Below are positions 35,076 to 36,277 of a DNA stretch of 36,277 nucleotides, piece by piece; positions within the stretch are counted from its first letter, which is position 1, and each line of letters opens with the position of its first letter. A program made the position numbers and the translations under genes. This stretch comes from Myxococcota bacterium (lineage in GTDB: Bacteria; Myxococcota_A; UBA796), in NCBI GenBank assembly GCA_036127535.1, contig JAYYRF010000434.1, positions 1-36,277 on the forward strand, written 5' to 3'. The notes under the pieces were generated by a model. That model worked only from the letters and a program-made list of their open reading frames with translations. It searched no databases and had not been told where the DNA came from.

Positions 35076-36277
35076 CTACTTTTCGAGCTGTTCGGGTGTG
35101 GGGATCTCAATATTGGAGCAGTACCCGTTTAGATACGTCTTCCAAGGTCGAAATACCGTTTCTGTTCCATAATTTTGAGCATAGTAACAAACGGCGAGCA
35201 TGTGCTGTGCTACGACATTGTATCCGTAGTGCTGTCCTTGGTTGGGAATTACCCCGCCGCACCGCGAAGCGTAATATTGAGGCTCGTGGGGATCCTTGTC
35301 CGAACCACATCGGATGTTGTCTCCATAAAAATGCGTTCCATGCTCTCTCTTGCTTTTTTTGCTGTATTTTCGATAACCTGGAAGAATATTGGTCGACCTT
35401 TTTTGACCAAATTTCGCATCGTGATATCCCACGTTGTGCGCGACAATTGTCATTTGAACAATCGAACCCGATTCTTTGAGTTCATCATCGTCCCACGCCT
35501 CGTGAAGCAATTTAATCGCTCCGGTTGTCGATGCCTCCACATCGATGCGTTCATCTTCCTTACACGATTTAATCTTACAGATATACTTGAATCCGCTCGC
35601 TTTCATCTCTTTGCGGACATAGTCCGTCTTGGCAACATTGGGCGCTGCGTCGCGGGTCGGCTTCCAATCTTTAACGGATCCGACACCGGAGAGTGTACAA
35701 CCTCGTATCTTGAGCCCGACTCGATTGCCAACCTCCGGCATAAATTGCCAAATTCCGGCAGCACAGACCGGCGAAAGAGCTTTGGCGTTGTAACGGGTTT
35801 CTTGGACCGGAATTGCAGCGAAGACTTCCGGTAGTCCGTCTTCTCTCAACATAGAGACAACGGTACTGTAGTCTTGAAGAGATTCCTCAAACGTCTTCCA
35901 AAAGGACTTGTACTTAGCAAAATGCGTGACAGCACCAATCGTCTTTTTATAGAAGACATCATCCCACATATCCTTGTCGTTACTGATGTCTAAACCAGAC
36001 TCTTTGGCATTGTATCGCATAACAAAGTCTTCAAAAGGCTGATCGAAGCCCTCGAGAACCGATGCTTCCAAATTGAGTTCTTCCTCCATAATGAACGTTA
36101 ATTCAGGGTCTTTATCGTCGAATAGAAGACCAATCGGACGCTCTTCGGGTGGTGGAATCAATACAATGACCAATGCAGCAATAAAAACGATGGTCGTTCC
36201 CAAAAATGCGGGGATTACCCACTTCGGCACACCGCTTTCAATTTTTCGAACCTCTATTTGGTTTTCAATGAATTCGT
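35076..36277 (-). CDS. Membrane-anchored lytic transglycosylase (SLT domain) protein. The 5' end is possibly outside the window.
   Basis: SLT blocks: IPVQETRYN (catalytic Glu), AAGIWQFMP, DERIDVEASTTGAIKLL and AHNVGY. The TM helix is IPAFLGTTIVFIAALVIVLI. The frame stays open from the GTG at 36230 to the window end (..EFIENQIEVRKIESG), so the true start may lie beyond 36277. Confidence 0.8.
   Translation of the reverse strand, partial: EFIENQIEVRKIESGVPKWVIPAFLGTTIVFIAALVIVLIPPPEERPIGLLFDDKDPELTFIMEEELNLEASVLEGFDQPFEDFVMRYNAKESGLDISNDKDMWDDVFYKKTIGAVTHFAKYKSFWKTFEESLQDYSTVVSMLREDGLPEVFAAIPVQETRYNAKALSPVCAAGIWQFMPEVGNRVGLKIRGCTLSGVGSVKDWKPTRDAAPNVAKTDYVRKEMKASGFKYICKIKSCKEDERIDVEASTTGAIKLLHEAWDDDELKESGSIVQMTIVAHNVGYHDAKFGQKRSTNILPGYRKYSKKSKREHGTHFYGDNIRCGSDKDPHEPQYYASRCGGVIPNQGQHYGYNVVAQHMLAVCYYAQNYGTETVFRPWKTYLNGYCSNIEIPTPEQLEK

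Noticed and set aside
35175-35834. A 219-aa + strand ORF antisense to the SLT-domain gene.
   Set aside because: The minus-strand frame carries the SLT catalytic motifs. The antisense translation has no motif and no SD.
1-36277. Search for phage-defence systems, toxin-antitoxin pairs, CRISPR arrays, tRNA/rRNA genes, IS elements, integrases and prophage genes.
   Set aside because: I recognised no nuclease, helicase/ATPase, reverse transcriptase, methyltransferase-restriction, Cas, transposase or recombinase motif in any frame. I saw no spaced direct-repeat array and no tRNA-like T-loop sequence by eye. The accessory content is envelope and secondary-metabolism related rather than defence or mobile.

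Overview
This is a compact bacterial chromosomal window with about 30 protein-coding genes. I found no rRNA, tRNA, CRISPR array, transposase or integrase by eye. Housekeeping genes are interleaved with envelope and accessory genes. On the + strand: a 5'-truncated FGE-sulfatase-domain repeat protein, an M16 peptidase pair, ilvE, pyk, an N-formylglutamate-amidohydrolase-family gene and a TlpA-like thioredoxin lipoprotein. On the - strand: argG-argH and a small HTH gene with its own promoter and terminator. Four blocks deserve attention. (1) 11909-19428 (-) is a tightly coupled five-gene operon encoding only predicted lipoproteins: Ig-like repeats, an unknown, a vWA with an apparently permuted lamin-tail domain inserted in it, a protein with 28 Cys, and a choice-of-anchor-J/CARDB-like protein. 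I cannot assign it to any described system. (2) 26246-30836 (+) is a translationally coupled operon of type III PKS, ICMT-like methyltransferase, ACP, fatty acyl-AMP ligase and flavoprotein. It is flanked by a crotonase and a PECR-like SDR and looks like a phenolic-lipid biosynthetic cluster. (3) Two unknown proteins are coupled downstream of glpD (20416-23471, -). (4) 31748-36277 (-) is a Ser/Thr-kinase-centred envelope cluster that includes an SLT-domain protein with an insertion. The gene content (Hanks kinase, FGE-domain fusion, Cys-rich lipoproteins, FAAL-primed type III PKS) is reminiscent of Myxococcota/Bdellovibrionota-like genomes, but that is inference only. All functional calls rest on motif recognition in the supplied translations; no database search was possible.
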